From Camelus dromedarius (lineage: Eukaryota), in NCBI RefSeq assembly GCF_036321535.1, contig NC_087436.1:34660001-34724000 (forward strand): DNA of 64,000 nucleotides, given 5' to 3'. Under the pieces are notes generated by a model. It was given only the letters and a program-made list of their open reading frames with translations, did not search any database and had not been told where the DNA came from. The position numbers and the translations under genes were made by a program. Positions 38,995 to 52,812 of this stretch are shown here, piece after piece (the first letter of the stretch is position 1; the number at the start of each line of letters is the position of its first letter).

Positions 38995-39295
38995 AGCTAA
39001 CCCTCTTTCCAGGCACGTCATAGAACTGCACTTCCTGAAGCCGAGTGACTAATATCAGACAATAACTTTTGGCCCGAAGTGATAGGCTTCCCTACCAGAT
39101 CAGAGCATAGTGTCACTGACACAAGACCTCCTAGGGCCCTCTTTCACTTGACCTGGATGCCAGCACATATGAAAGTGGATGCTTCTTTGTCAGCCTATGT
39201 CTAGAACGGCATACAATGTCATGCGCACAGGCTCCTATCAGCCTACAGTGCACATGTAGCCAAGCAGAAATAAGCTTTCATTGTTTTAGACCAGA
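38995..39295 (+). mobile_element. Old MLT1 (MaLR) LTR fragment
   Basis: ctctttccaggcac...actgcacttcctg...acatgtagccaagcagaaataagctttcattgtttta. Confidence 0.65.
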
Positions 39296-39759
39296 TCTTG
39301 TAAAAGCCAGAGCTCAGAGGTGCGGTAAGAGGTTTCTTCTGTTCCTCGTGGAATGTTGCAGCAACTGCGGGTTCCCTGCTTTCAGAGCTGAGCCCGGCTC
39401 TGGTCCCTGGCCAGGCAGAGGGCTCTGGGGATCCTGTTCCCCTGCAGAATTGAACTCCAGCTGCCTTTGTTTGCTTTTGGAGCCAGATCCCCGCCAGCCC
39501 AGGCTACAGCTGTGTGTTCCTATTCCATTTCTGGTCCATAAAGATTCTTATCTTGTTTACGGACACTTCTTTTGATGTTTTAGAATTAGTTTACCTGTCA
39601 TTGCTCTGTGCTTGGCATGGAAAGGGTGCTTTTTAAAGCAGGCTTTCACAGTGTCACTTTCTCCTCAAATGATTTTCATGGTTTTCAAATATCGAATCCT
39701 CATTTCCAGCCAAGCATGTGCCAACGCTATGATAGAAGAATATGATTCAGGATCTAAAT

Positions 39760-40004
39760 CGGGGTTTTCCACCTGAGTATCATTGACAATATTTTTTGCC
39801 AAAAAATTCTTTGTTGGGGGGGATGTCTTGTACTCTGTAGGATGTTTAGCAGCTTCCCTGGCCACTACTCACTAAATTCCAGTGGCCACCCTATCACCCC
39901 CCCCCACACACACACATGAGTTGTGACAACCACAGATTTCTCCAGACATTGACAGATGTCCTTCGGAGGAAGGGGGCAAAATCAGTACCAGTTGAGAATC
40001 AAAG
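39760..40004 (+). mobile_element. MER20 (hAT-Charlie)
   Basis: cattgacaat...aattctttgttgggggg...tgtaggatgtttagcagcttccctggcc...agttgtgacaaccacagatttctccagacattg...gttgagaa. Confidence 0.9.
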
Positions 40005-40302
40005 GCATGAAAGTAACTCCAAAAGGAAAGTGACAAAAATGCACTGAATAAATTATCTGGGTAACTATTAAGGTTAAAATCTTTTCAGCTAATAATTAGG
40101 GATGGGGTGCAAATTTAGATTACAGATCAGGTGTGTGGGTTTTTTGGAAAAACAAACAAAAAAATACTATACTACCTTTTCTCCCATACTTTACAAAGAG
40201 AATGACAACTAACAATTCAAGATATTGTGTGTTAGGTGCCACGTGTGTGCCAGAGAGTGTGTCTGTGGCCCAGGGATGTAGGTTAGTTGCTTTCTGCCCT
40301 TT

Positions 40303-40410
40303 GTGAGAGTGGATGAGCCATCTCACTGTGCCCAGGACTTTTCAGCTCTGACTGTCCCTATCCCAGGAAAGCCTTCAGTGCTGGGCAAACTGAGATGACT
40401 GGTCATCTGA
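40303..40410. mobile_element. MER81-like (hAT-Blackjack) short element
   Basis: tgcccaggact...tcccaggaaagccttcagtgctgggcaaactgagatgactggtcatct with imperfect inverted ends. Confidence 0.65.
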
Positions 40411-42799
40411 CGGGAAGCTTGAGCAAAACTCCTCGTTTATCGCTTGGAGAAAATCCATGCCATCCCTAAGAATTCTGCTAAATCCTAAGGAAAAGCTATT
40501 TCTCTCGCCACCTCTCGCTCCTATCTCCTGCTCACTCTGAAGTTTAATTTTTTGCCCTAAGTCTTGAGGCTCTTCACTCATCTTCTCGCTGACATTGAAA
40601 CAGATGTGGACTTTATAGTCTTTCTCCTACTTCAAAAGAAAAGACAAAGAAAATGCTCAAAAAGCTTTTTGTGCGTGGCAGAATCTACCAAAGACTTGAG
40701 TGATTAGAATAGCACAGAAACACTGTCTAAACTGGAACATCATGTATTTTGGCTTCTACAATGTCCAAAGTAAATCTACCACGTTGCACATCTGTTTATT
40801 TTGTCACCGCCCCTCCCACCACCACCACCACTCCCACACACACCCATCTCATGTCTCTCTCCCTCTTCCTGTTTATACTCGATCAGAGTATTTTAGCTCT
40901 TGGCTTTATTTCCACCACTTTAGGGTTTCACCTCTTTCCTCGGGAATTTTATCAAAGTTTGTTTCTTTTTATGCAGAGACAGTTATCTTCTTCAGTTGAA
41001 TTCTGGACTATGTAGTAAGATAACAGGAGATGGGGATTTGGAGGAGAAAGAAGACTGTCTTCCGGCTGGGACGTGGCAGAAGACCTTCTTGCCAAGAGAG
41101 GAGACAGGAGAAGCAAAGGAGGGGAAAGGACGTGTTGGGCAATTTGGGGGAAGGACAAGCAGACCTGTACGGCCCTACAGAAGGATCTGTGGAGGAAGAG
41201 GAATGTGGAAGGTCAGATCGGGAGTACACTAGAGAGACACTTAAATGCCCAGATGCACACTTGGAAACTTATCCCATAGGCAGTAGAAGCTATCAAGTGA
41301 TTTCAAACAATGGAGTGATATCATTAAAAAGAAAATTTCATGTATTAAGCCAATAAACAATTATTTTCCTTTATTTTAATTATTTCAGTCTTAAACCACT
41401 CTTTCATTCATTAAGCTAAAATAGAATCTCAATACTTAATTTTGTAACAGTGCAAAAGTCTCCATGTTAGAATTTGTATTGTACCTTCTTTTTTCTTTTC
41501 ATAGTTTAGTTTTAAACTGACAGGAAATGTAAATTAAATTTCTTGAGTGATTTTTGCATGATTCTCTTATTATCAGGAAATTTACTGTCCACTTAGTTTT
41601 TATTTTATTAGTTTTTGTTTTCTCCCTACAGATAACCAGAATTTCTTTCCATTTTAAATAAAATGAATAAAATATAAGATTGAAATATTTAGAAAAATTC
41701 ACATAGGATATACTCTTAAGCTTTGGGGGCAATATTCAGTGACATTTGAGTTTCTTCACTTGCCATGTCAGAGCTCACATGGGGATTCATTCAGAAAAAT
41801 AACTGAAACCTTTTTCTGTTTGTAAATTTCCAGGTACACTGTGGAGAAGCTACTTGTAGTCTGGTGAATCATCAATGAACAAGAGTTGTTCTTCCTCTTT
41901 GATTTTAGTTCTTTGCAAGTGTTAAGATGAGAATAGCTCCTGTTGATTTTAATATCATTTATATGAACATATATATCACACACTCAAGAATAAGTGAGTG
42001 TTTTTTATATTCCTGCTACTTTTATTCTCTTTTCTGTCTTTTACTAGTTTACATATGCAATTTTGGGCTAGATCTCCAGAAATATTATACTCATTTTCAG
42101 CTGAATTTTGTCTTATGAATTTTACTAAGCAGCCAGTATTTTCCATATGTATCAGATATTTTCTGACAATAAATGAGACAGAATAAAGTTAAAAATACAA
42201 TATTGCATAATGTACCCAAAAGTTGACCAAGATCTTGGGCTTGTATCTGTATGGCTCATTCATTTACATAAAAACCTGCTAACGAATTTCCATTTAAGTG
42301 AAGTTCAACTGAGAATGTAAATGACAGAGTTTGCATTATTTGGTGTCACTAAACTACACAAAATTACTATAATGTACCCACACTGCATTTGAGTGTTGAA
42401 GCATTTTTTTGTAATCATTGGTTTATTTTAATGGGTAAAAGAGAATGAAAAAAAATTCCATTATCTCACTAATATAATCACCATGCATTTGCAAAGGCTT
42501 CAAGCTGCAAGCAATAAAATTATGACCAACATATACAGATACATGTAGCCAAGTTGCTTGAGATACCCATTATCCCCAATTTTTTGTTTCTTTATGTAGG
42601 TCTAACTCAAATAATAGGACAAGAAGGATTGTTCTGAACACTAATGGGTTTGTTTCATAAACCAGCTTATGATCAGGCTAAAGCTTTTATTCTTTGAGTC
42701 AATTACCCTTTAAGAGTACTCAGAACCATTTCATATGATATTTCTAAAGTGATTTTTCTTAGAAGAAGACTGCCATTCTGATGAATCATCTGAACCTAC

Positions 42800-43250
42800 A
42801 CCCACCTGTAGGAAAGGATACAGGCATATTTGCATCCAGGCCTGGCTCATTTTCTCAATTCCTCCTTCAGTTCTTCTGTCCTTTGTGTGTTATCATCACA
42901 AGTTGGTTCCCATCATTGTTAGAAGTTGGTTACTAGCAGCCACTGAAGGCAATATGGTTCACATCTAGGCAGAGAGCAGCATGAATTCCTATCATCACCC
43001 AAGTCTTGAAATTCACAGTGATGGAACTGTCCCTGAGTAATTCCCTAGGCAGGTGACTGTCATGTACTAATTTGCTAGCCCTGGATTATCTGAACCTTTG
43101 ACTGTGGCAAGTTAGATAGGAATACCCTGACTGTCTTAGATAAAGCACTCATCCCACCGCTGAGTGCTAAGCTAATTCCACCAAATGAAATATTGCAACA
43201 TAGTGGGACAAGGAAAGAGTAGATGTTGGTGAGAAAACTCACAGTGTCTG
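42800..43250 (-). mobile_element. Old MLT1-like LTR
   Basis: aagtcttgaaattcac...tgaacctttgactgtggcaag...gatgttggtgagaaaactcacagtgtctgctgtcaca. Confidence 0.5.
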
Positions 43251-43662
43251 CTGTCACAGACTGGGTTCCCTGAATGTAAATTCTGAGAGGAGATTTAGTA
43301 TTCAGGGTGTTTTTTAGAGAGCACCCTTGGGATCAATACCTGCATAGGGAGGGTAAGTCAGCAAAAGTGGGCAGAGCTGCTGGGCCAGTGACAGGTTTTG
43401 CTGATCCCATGAGGAGTTAAGAAGCAAGAATGGCCCTTCAGATTTGTTCTCAACTGGATGGAAATAACCAGGCAGTGTCTCTCCCATACAGATCTGCCAC
43501 TGGACGTGGCTGCAGGGAAAGAGGTGTGACTTTGATGGTTCTCTGCAGGGGAGACAGTTTCTGAAGATGCTGAAGGCGCCTGATGACAAGACTCCAGACA
43601 GCTGAGGCCACAGTTCCTTCACTTAAGGGGGATCTGGGCAGTACATCAGGATATCTGTGACA
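43251..43662 (-). mobile_element. LTR16-like ERVL LTR
   Basis: ctgggttccctgaa...gagcacccttgggatcaatacctg...gaatggcccttcaga...aagggggatctgggc. Confidence 0.8.
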
Positions 43663-45383
43663 TTCACTCCAGCCTCTAGAAAGTAACATGTGAAACTTGA
43701 TTCATGAATATACTGCGTGTATTGGTGGAACCCTGAAAGTGAAGTATTTTCCAAGTTGACAACAGAGCTCAAAGATTGGTTTGATTAAGTCTATACTCTT
43801 CCAGCTGATCAGAGTTAGACTGAAACAAAATGTAAACTTCTTCCTCCTTTACTTGTCCAAGCATTCCATATCGATCTCAACCCTGTGGAGGCAAAACACA
43901 GGGCTAACATTCTTTGGAAATGTTAATTGACTTCACATTTTAGCTTTATAAACCAAACAGGAGTTTGGGGGTTACCAGAAGAGTTACACAGCAGCATGAA
44001 ATCACCCTCCCCCATCCTTATAAAATGAACAGAAATAGGTTTTAAATAAGAGAGAAAGAAAGAAAAGAATCCCTTCAGAAGCCGAAACCAAATAAGGAAA
44101 TAAGAACAAATGAAAGCCATTAACCACAAAAAGGACAGAAACAGAATTCTGATGTGACAGGTGGCATGGTGCAGGCCCAGAGCCAGCTTCCCTGATCCCA
44201 GAATCAACCCTGAAAAAAGAAAATGACTCTACAAAATTCCCTAAATGCTCACTAAAATCTTCCATTTGGAACAACGTGGACTGAGGAGAAGTAGGCAATG
44301 CTTTTGGGTATTTTTCCTCTCTACTCTCTAGGTAGTTTGATTTTTTTTTTAATAATGAGTGAGCATATATTATTTTTATTTAAATAAGAATTATTTATGT
44401 GAATAATCAGAATAAGAAGTAAAAAACTGCTCTATGTGTCACATAAACAGTACCTCCTTAGGAGCATCCGCACAATCCATGGAAGAGGGTTGAACTTGGC
44501 CAATGTACTTCTTGTTCATCTGATCTTCAGCAGACTACTTCCAAAAGAGAATTGTTTGATTTAAAGCAAGTAATTAAAATTATGTCACTTTCTGTATGAA
44601 TTTATTCTAAAAATATGAGAATATTTCTTATATATCACCTTATTTTGTTTTATATAAGCAGTAAACATTGAAATCATAGCTTTCCTCTCTCTAAGACTTT
44701 TGTTACACCTCTTTTTCTGTAGATTTATAGTCTAGGTAGCATTAATGACAAATGAAAAACATATATATGTTTAATTCTCACTGCCCTGTATTCTTACTCT
44801 CCCAATCTTATAGACAGTAAAAACACCACTCACTCTTATCCCTCATTTTTAATTTCCAGTAGCTTAGCAAAAAATTATTTTGCTTAGCACTGTGCAAGGC
44901 GCTGTGGGAGATCCTTGGAACAGGCTTGCTCCCAGCCAGCTCAGAGCTGCTGTCCACAAAGTAGTCCCTAGAAGGTAGTGTGTCTGCCAGTGGCAGATGA
45001 CCCTTGGGCAACCGCTAGCCAGTGTCTCTCCTAAGGCCGCCCCCTTGGGACTCATACTATACTACTGAAGCCCAACTGTCATGTCTCAAAATAATGGTCC
45101 AAGAAGCCTGCTTGGTTCTCAAGGGATATGAGGATGTTGAAATTCAGCAGATGATTCTTCCTCCTCTACCCCACCCCTCCCACCATGCTTTAAATAGCTA
45201 AAGCTAAAAGAAGAGAAGGGGGAGGGGGAGGGGGTGGGGAAAAGAAAACGTGGCTAAAAATAAAATAGAATGCATACAAGTACATCTAGCCCTGAAAGAA
45301 TGTTCCATGTTAAATCATTCCCTCTTCATCACTGACTTTCTGTAGGGTGCCAGGAGGCCTGAGCTGAAGCTGCAGATGCACCA

Positions 45384-45887
45384 TGTGTTAGTCAGTGTTC
45401 TCCCAGGAGACAGAACCCATAGGATAGACATGGATATAGATAGAAAATATTTATTGTAGCAATTGGCATACATGGTTTTGGAGACCATGAAGTCCCACAG
45501 TCTGCCATCTATGAACTGGAGAACCAGTGGTGTAATTCAGTGAGTCTGAAGGCCTGAAATTTGGGGGCTGATGTTGCAAGTCCTGGTCAGAGCTCATAAG
45601 CCCAAGAACCAAGGGCCCTGATGACTGAGGGCAGGAGCAGGAGATGATGACTATCTCAGCTCAAGAAGAGAGAGAGAATTTGCCCTCCCTCCATGTCTTT
45701 GCTCTATTCAGGCCTTCAGCAGGCTGGATGATGCCCAGTGCATTGGTCAGGGCGATCTTCTTTGCTTAGTTGTAAAGGCTAATCTCCCCCAGAAACATCT
45801 TCACAGATATGCCCAGAAATAATATTTTACCAGTTAGCTGGGCATCCTTTAGCTCAGCCAAGCTGACACATGAAATTAACCTTCACA
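45384..45887 (-). mobile_element. MLT2 solo LTR with 5-bp TSD (cacca/cacct), apparently inserted in a MIR
   Basis: tgtgttagtcagtgttctcc...aagctgacacatgaaattaaccttcaca termini. Confidence 0.92.
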
Positions 45888-45892
45888 CACCT

Positions 45893-46040
45893 TTAACTCC
45901 TTCTGTGACCCTGGCAATCTTCTTGGCCTCAGTTTTCTAATCTAAACTGGAGATAGATAAGAACCTAGCATTCTGAGGGTTAATAAGAGAACTGAGTATG
46001 TGATAGCACTTTATAAATGGTAGTATGCTATAAAAGCAGA
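45893..46040 (+). mobile_element. MIR fragment
   Basis: ctgtgaccctggcaa...ggcctcagttttctaatctaaactggagata. Confidence 0.7.
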
Positions 46041-47319
46041 AGTGCAACAGGATGTCCCAGTTGTACCCAGCTCAAACTAATTTGGAAACTGTTTGCCAAA
46101 TCAGAGAGATGATGACTGCTCCAGAAATCTATTTGCATGCATTACCGTGCAGGAGGAGTTTTATTTTCAGGCTGAAGGAGAAAAGAGAATGTGTCTCTGT
46201 GTGTGTGTGTTGAGCACTAGCACTTCTAGGATGGAAGTAAAAACAAAATAATTGAGTGAATAACTTAGTCTCTGTTCCTACTCAGTATAAGGATATTTAC
46301 AACCCCAATGGGGTAGGGATTAAAGCAAATACTGAATAAAATGTTTACACGACATTCTGTGCATCTCTAAGTGCTAGCATGGTTTCTTGGCTCAAGTGAC
46401 AAAATGTGACAGAATTAGGGAGCAGGCTCACTCTCTGTTTTATTGAGAAATGAACTATAACCAATGCTGGGGAATTCTCCACTTCCCTTGCTCCTACAGG
46501 AGAGTTGGTTTGTGTGTTGGTTGGAGCCAAGCATAAGTGTAATGCTTGTTACGTGTTCCTAAGACAATCTGGGAAGGAAAAAAGGAGAGAGGAGACCTAC
46601 TGTGTTCATACATGCTTGGGTTCTGTGGCTTTTTTAATTGTATTAATCAATGAAACTTACAATCACATGGAAGTCAGAATTACCATACAGATTCTCAAGA
46701 GCCAAGAGACAGAGATGGCCCTGGGAATTTTCAAAAATACGTACCAGGTTTTAAATGACCAGAGTGTCTTGATTTGGTGTGGGCTTGAGCCAATTTCATG
46801 TAGGTTTTGAGTGGGAGGTGAGCCTAAACTAACATCCAAAATACTTAGTGAAAGCTGACCTTTTTGGAAATAAATGTGGGGACCTGGGCGTCTATCCGTT
46901 GTCAGGCTCAGTCCATCTGGGTGGCCCCTGAACCGTCTTCAGGGATCCTATGGGGAAAATAATGTGAAAAACAGTAAATTAAAAAACTTTAAAGTTATTT
47001 CCATAAAGAAGAGTTGACCTAAATTTTAAAAAATTTAGTGTAAAACTTTAATTTCTATGTTGTGTTTCTTTGTTGTGGTTTATGCCAAATTCAAGAATTG
47101 TGCTCTTGGGCTGTTTTCACACCCATGAACACACTGAAACTGAATGAAATCTGGTATATCATCACGCACTTTCTGTTCTCTGTTCTTTTCCCAGCCCTAA
47201 TACTATGCAGGGAAGAGCTATCGTTACTATGTATTATCATGAACCTAAGCATTTTCCTACAGATTTGCAGAACTAGGCTTTGATAAGACGTGCAAACTAT
47301 CACTGTGAAAGAAGTCGTT

Positions 47320-47700
47320 CACTTCATCATCACTTTGAGTGCTGGCAAATTCAAGATGATACGAAAAAGTCAGGGAATGGCATGGCTTTTACCTTTGAGA
47401 AATTTCCAGTCTAGTGAGGAAGAAAGGCAAAAAGGAGAGAGCTATTGTAGCATGATATGACACGTATTTCAAAAGAGGTGTAAAGATGCTATGAAAACAC
47501 AGTGGAGGGAAAAAAAAAAAAAACGAAGCCTGCAAAAGGCATCACCTACCAGAAGCAACTTTCTAGATTGACCTCCAAGGGTAGTGGAGTTAGTCACCCT
47601 GTGAACAGAGAGATGATGGAGGATGGAGGGAGGCGTACAAAGTCAGCACGGACAGAGCAAGAAGAAGCGTGTCAGCCTAGCAATTGACAGTTGTCCGGGC
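47320..47700 (-). mobile_element. L2 fragment
   Basis: ttccagtctagtgaggaaga...gatgctatgaaaacacagtggaggga. Confidence 0.6.
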
Positions 47701-48749
47701 TTTCAAGTGAGGAGAAAAATAAGGACCAATCACAAGTTTTTTGTTTTTTATTTTTAATCATCTTTACTAATAGAACCAACAAAAAAAGTGTCAACTTTTT
47801 GTTGTTGTTGTTAACTGTTAAATTCTATATTGTTTTCCTCCAGATAACACAACACACAGTCTCATGACATTTCCCTCTGTATCCTCAGGGACATCTTCTG
47901 GAATCAGGCAAATATCTTACTGAAATGTTGCCAACTTTTTGGCCAGCAAACAGCAAGAGTAGACATGACAACAGAAATCCGACACGGTAAAGTTTCCCGG
48001 CTATAGTCAAGAGAAATGGCATACATCAAGTCAGGTTTCAACGTGCTTCTACAAAGTCAGCCTTCAACCATTTAAAGTTTCACTCATCATGGCTAATTAC
48101 AATTCTATATGTTTCTGAAGGCTTTATAGTTCAACCCTCACATTTTGCTCAGGGCTGACACTTGGGCTTTCCCTTCAAAACTTCATAAGTACTAGAATCA
48201 GGTAAAACCAGTTTAGCAGATTTTGTAGAGGGTGAGTTCCAACCTCCTACACTGTCCCATGCTCCAAACACTTACCCCCAAATTGATGGGTGCTGCTGCT
48301 GGAAGGCCAACATTCACAGAAATACTGTAAACAAAAGCAGGGCTGGTCTCCAAGATACTCAAAACAAGTAACTGAATAAGGTACTATTTTGAAATATGAC
48401 TTCTTTATAGCTGATTTTGGGATTAGTGACCACATGTCATTTTATTTATCTGGGTTATCTCAGAGGGAAAGCCTCTCAGAGCTTTGTACACTGATAATGT
48501 ATTATTTTTTTCTTAAATGATAGGTCATGAAACATTCTGAGGCAGTGGAATTGCCTGGAAAGTCACATAAAATTATAATCATTTGTAACTCTAAAAGTCA
48601 AAGAAAAAGAGTATTTGTAAAAACCCACAGGCAATCATGAAATTAAAAACTGGAAAAACATAAGGCATTTCATTTCTATTCATTTGAAAGTGCCGATAGA
48701 AAGTGGTCCTTTACAAGACTGTGTAAACTCAAATATATCATCACAGAGG

Positions 48750-48895
48750 CATAGTACTTTAATTCTGGGAAGGACTTCAAACATTATCTACACAAACCTC
48801 TTCATTTTATAGATGAGTAACTAAAGTCCATAAAAAATAAGTGCCAAGCCTAAACTCACTAGGAAAGCTGCAATTAGACACTGGGGCTCTTGGCT
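48750..48895 (-). mobile_element. MIR3-like fragment
   Basis: ggaaggacttcaaacattatcta...cctcttcattttatagatgagtaactaaagtcca. Confidence 0.7.
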
Positions 48896-49704
48896 ACTAC
48901 TACTGACTTTTGATAGATATTATGTAGAGGAATATTTTTCGGCAGTATTAAACTATGTATATTTTTTAACCTTTCCTATCCTTTTAAGTAAAACACTCCA
49001 TTCAAATTGAAACACATGAAGCAACCTTATTTTCAAGTAACTGAAGTCCAAGGGGAGCAAATTCTTAGGTTTTACTCAAAAGTCACAGTCCAGATGAAAG
49101 AAAGAATAGATTACAGAAAATTCTGAATTAGGGAGAACTAGTTCATTACCCCATTCCTTCTTCTGCCTTTATACATAAAGAGCAAAAACTCTTTCAAGAT
49201 GAGGAAGAAAGGAGAGCATTGGAGAGGAGGAAAATTGAAAAGAAACTGTTCAATATTCACTCCAAGAGGAAGATGATAAATGGGCAGACAAGTCCAGGAA
49301 TTTTAAGGCAAAAGGATCTGGTACCTGCTCACAGGAAGGCAGCCTTAAAGGAGCTCCCTGGGTTGAAGGGCTGCAAAGGCTACCTGGAGAATTGCAGAAA
49401 GAGAAAAACCAAGGCAGAGTCAGTGGCTTTCCTGTAGCCCATCCGTAGGAGAAGATTCAAACCTCCCCTCAAATCCCAGAAGGATGTAGAAGTTAACTGA
49501 GATGGAGAGTCCACAGACCCAGACCCAACAGTCTCATGGTGAGACAAGATGTCAGCAGAAAAGCATGTGGATCAACTGGTGTTCAAAGAGTGGCTGATGG
49601 CCAGGCCTGACAACATACACCTCAAAGCATGCCAGAGAGCCCAGAAGCCAACCAAGACCCAACATTGCCAACCAATGCTGTGGCCTCCACAAGTACTCCC
49701 CTCC

Positions 49705-50060
49705 TGCTATGGGTTGAAATGTTGAAGTCCTAACCTCCATTACCTCAGAGTGTGACTGTATTTAGAGACAGGGTTTCTAAGAGGTAATTAAACTAAAATG
49801 AAGTCATTGGAGTGAGCCCTAACCCAATATGACAGATGTCTTTATAAGAAGAGGAAATTTGGACACAGACATAGAGGAATTGCACCTTGTGAACATGAAG
49901 ACAGTTACCTGGGAGCTAAGGAGAGAGGCCTCATAAGAAACTCACCCCTCCAGCACCTTGATCTCAGACTTCTAGCCTCTAGGACAGAGAAAATAAATGT
50001 CTGTGGTTTACAACACCCAGTCTGTGACACTTCATTAAGGTAGCCCTCGCACACTAATAA
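49705..50060 (+). mobile_element. MLT1A/B-like MaLR solo LTR
   Basis: tgctatgggttgaa...gttgaagtcctaacc...cagcaccttgatctcagacttctagcctc...aaataaatgtctgtggttta. Confidence 0.92.
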
Positions 50061-50589
50061 GCCACCCTAAACACAGGGTGCCGCCCAGAGGAGGAGACTA
50101 GTGCTGAGTTATAAACTGACTGTGGTTAAACCTCTCAAAGATGAACCTCTTGGAAATTAGATTGTATGTTCTGTCATCAGTTCAAATCACAATAGAAATT
50201 CAATTAAAGAATATTTAAAAAACAAAAACACCCCTGCTCTTTCTATTATCCTTCTGCACCTCAGAGCCTACACATTCTGCAGGGAATTTACTTTGCATGC
50301 ACTGTATAAAGTCAAAGGCATGAACTAAACAGCTGTTTACTGAACTCTGTAACTTTAAAAACAGTGTATCAATACCTATTTATAAACTTACTTTCCATAT
50401 TGGTTAGTTTATTGAAAGACTATCAGAATGGATTGATTTGGTTAGTTTGGATAAAAAGCTAAATGAATTAATAAGTTGGGGGGAGGTATTTTTACAGCTT
50501 AATATTTTTGTTTATTGGTTGGACTACAGATCCATTTCTAAGTCAGTCATATTTATCAAACATGGAAGGCAATATGAATAAAAATTTGG

Positions 50590-50780
50590 AGTGATGAAGA
50601 ATGGTAGACATCCCAGTTCTGCCACTAGAAAAAAATGTGTAGCCTCAGGCAAATTACTGAACCTCTCTAAGCCTTTTCCACCCTGTCTGTAAAATGTAGA
50701 TAATAAAATCTAATTCAGAGGGTTGTGGTGAGGATAAAATTGATGGCACTAAGAATATACAGTAAGTGGCTGAGATAAAT
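50590..50780 (+). mobile_element. MIR
   Basis: tcccagttctgccacta...ggcaaattactgaacctctctaagcct...tctgtaaaatgtagataataa...cagagggttgtggtgaggataaa. Confidence 0.85.
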
Positions 50781-51094
50781 GAGGAATTAGTTGGAGAGTC
50801 AATTGGGACCAGACTATAGAGAGTTTGGGGTGTCTGAACTATGGAAGTTTGCATTTGATTTTTTGGTAAGCAAGAACTTTAATACAGAAATGCTCTGGCC
50901 CAGAGGGCCCAGTGTTCTATATTTTATTGTAATTATAGTTTGAGGATAATTGTTCATTGTTAATCTCTTGAGTTGGAAGCTTAGTGGGGCAAAGCATTAA
51001 GACACCTGTCATTTTAGGATAAAACATAGTCAAATTTTCTACCTTCTTATTCTGGGAAATTATTATCCTAGTTGCAAATATATATTATATCTTA

Positions 51095-52812
51095 GCCACC
51101 TAGATCTCTCTTCAAGAATGAAGGATTTATTTCCCCAGCTGTGGGAGTGCTGATGGCAGACATTCATCAGATATTTGCCATTTTGGGGAATTGCCTCAGT
51201 TTGAGCCACTTTGCCCAAATACAGGCCCAGAGGCAGCTTATATTTAATGACTGATGAAGGGGTTCCCTTGTGAGAAGCTGAGAGAGGAAGCAGAAAGCAA
51301 TCATGAATCATGGATGGCTTGGCTCAGTTAAGGATGCAAGTTGGAAATGGCTAGAGGTTGCACTTGAAACAAGATAATCATGAAAGAAAGTGATGAGAAA
51401 AAATATTTTCAAAAGACAGAGCTCTAGGTGGTACAGCTGGTCATCCACACTGTGGAAAGAAAACAGGCATTAAAAAAATGAGTAGACAAAACTACCAACC
51501 AGTGACCTTAGCTATCCCTGGTCACCAGCCATCCCAGCGATTGAACAACAGGTGCATGACTAGAATAATCACAGTGGCAGGGATGGAGCCCACAAAGGGT
51601 CAAATCGCCCTGGCTCCCACTTACAGTGGTGTAGGAACCACTGCCACTGCTGAATGGTCAGACACCAGTGATGGAGACCAATGAGGAGTCCTCATGCAGC
51701 ACAGACCTTCAAGGTCACCAATTAGCCACATGGTGGGTAACTGAGTACACTGAATACTTTCTAGGAAGGAAGCAGCAGAGATTGATTTTTGGTAAGAATA
51801 AACTCATATTCTCATAATGGATTTGCATTTTCTAACTACAGTTTCTCAGTCAACAATATTTTCCCAGGATTTAAAGACTGTAATTTACCAGCACAGGGTA
51901 CAACTTCATAGCAAAGGAAGTGTTGGTATGAGCTCAGCCATGAGGTTTACTGGTTCTATTATATACCATACTACCCAGAAACTTCTGGCCTATGAAAATA
52001 ACAGAAAGAGATAGTAAAAACACAGGTGAAGCACCAGCTTGGAGAAAGTAATTTGGGAGGATTTCTTGTCTTCCAGCAAGCAGAGCGCATTCTAAATCAA
52101 TGACTTTCACGTGGTGCTGTGTCTTCAACTGGTGGGATACCTGAACCCAGAATCTAAATGGCAGGAAGAAGAGACCCTGTTGGGAATTTGTGCTTTCCAT
52201 TCCTACAGCTCTGAACTGTGAGGGTTTAGAAGTTCCGGTTCCCAAAGAGAGAATGTTGCAACTGGGGGACACAAAAATGGTTCCATTTAACTATAAAGAT
52301 CAGTTGCAATGGGGTCACTTTGGACTCCTTGTGCCAAGAGACCAGGAACCAAGAAGAGGACGACTCACCATCTTAGAAAGGATACTTGACACTGATCACC
52401 AGGTAGGGATGTTGTTACACAATGGGACCAGGGAGAAATATGTTTCAGCCAAGGTAACCCACCTGGGTACCTCATTGCAATCTGCCCACAGCTTTTACGG
52501 TAAATAGGAAACATGCAGCGGTCATGATTCAGAAAGCACGTTGTTTACCAGGCGCAGACTTTTCGAGGATAAGAATCTGGGTCATATCACCATGTAAGCC
52601 ACCAAGAACAGGAGAAATGCTAGCCTAAGATCAAAGAAATCTAAAAAGATTAGTAGATAAGGGAGACAGTGAGCAACCAAAGACCAACTACAGTGGTGGG
52701 AGCTACAGTTCCTCTCACCAATTTTGCAGGGTGAAGAGCTCCCAGAAACCTGAAAAAGCTGCTCCCAAGTTTCATACAAAGATGTGATTCTGAGTGGTGT
52801 GATTCTTATGCA
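51095..52812 (+). mobile_element. Class III ERV (ERV3-16A3/ERVL-like) remnant: partial 5' LTR, distal pol, dUTPase-like region
   Basis: ORF 52190-52507 GLEVPVPKERMLQLGDTKMVPFNYK...GHFGLLVPRDQ...ILDTDHQVGMLLHNG resembles the ERV-L dUTPase region; upstream pol is broken by stops and frameshifts. Confidence 0.82.

Noticed and set aside
40977..41356. Purine-rich overlapping ORFs after a good acceptor (tttttatgcAG)
   Set aside because: Stops soon after the acceptor, GA-rich composition keeps frames open, no recognisable protein.
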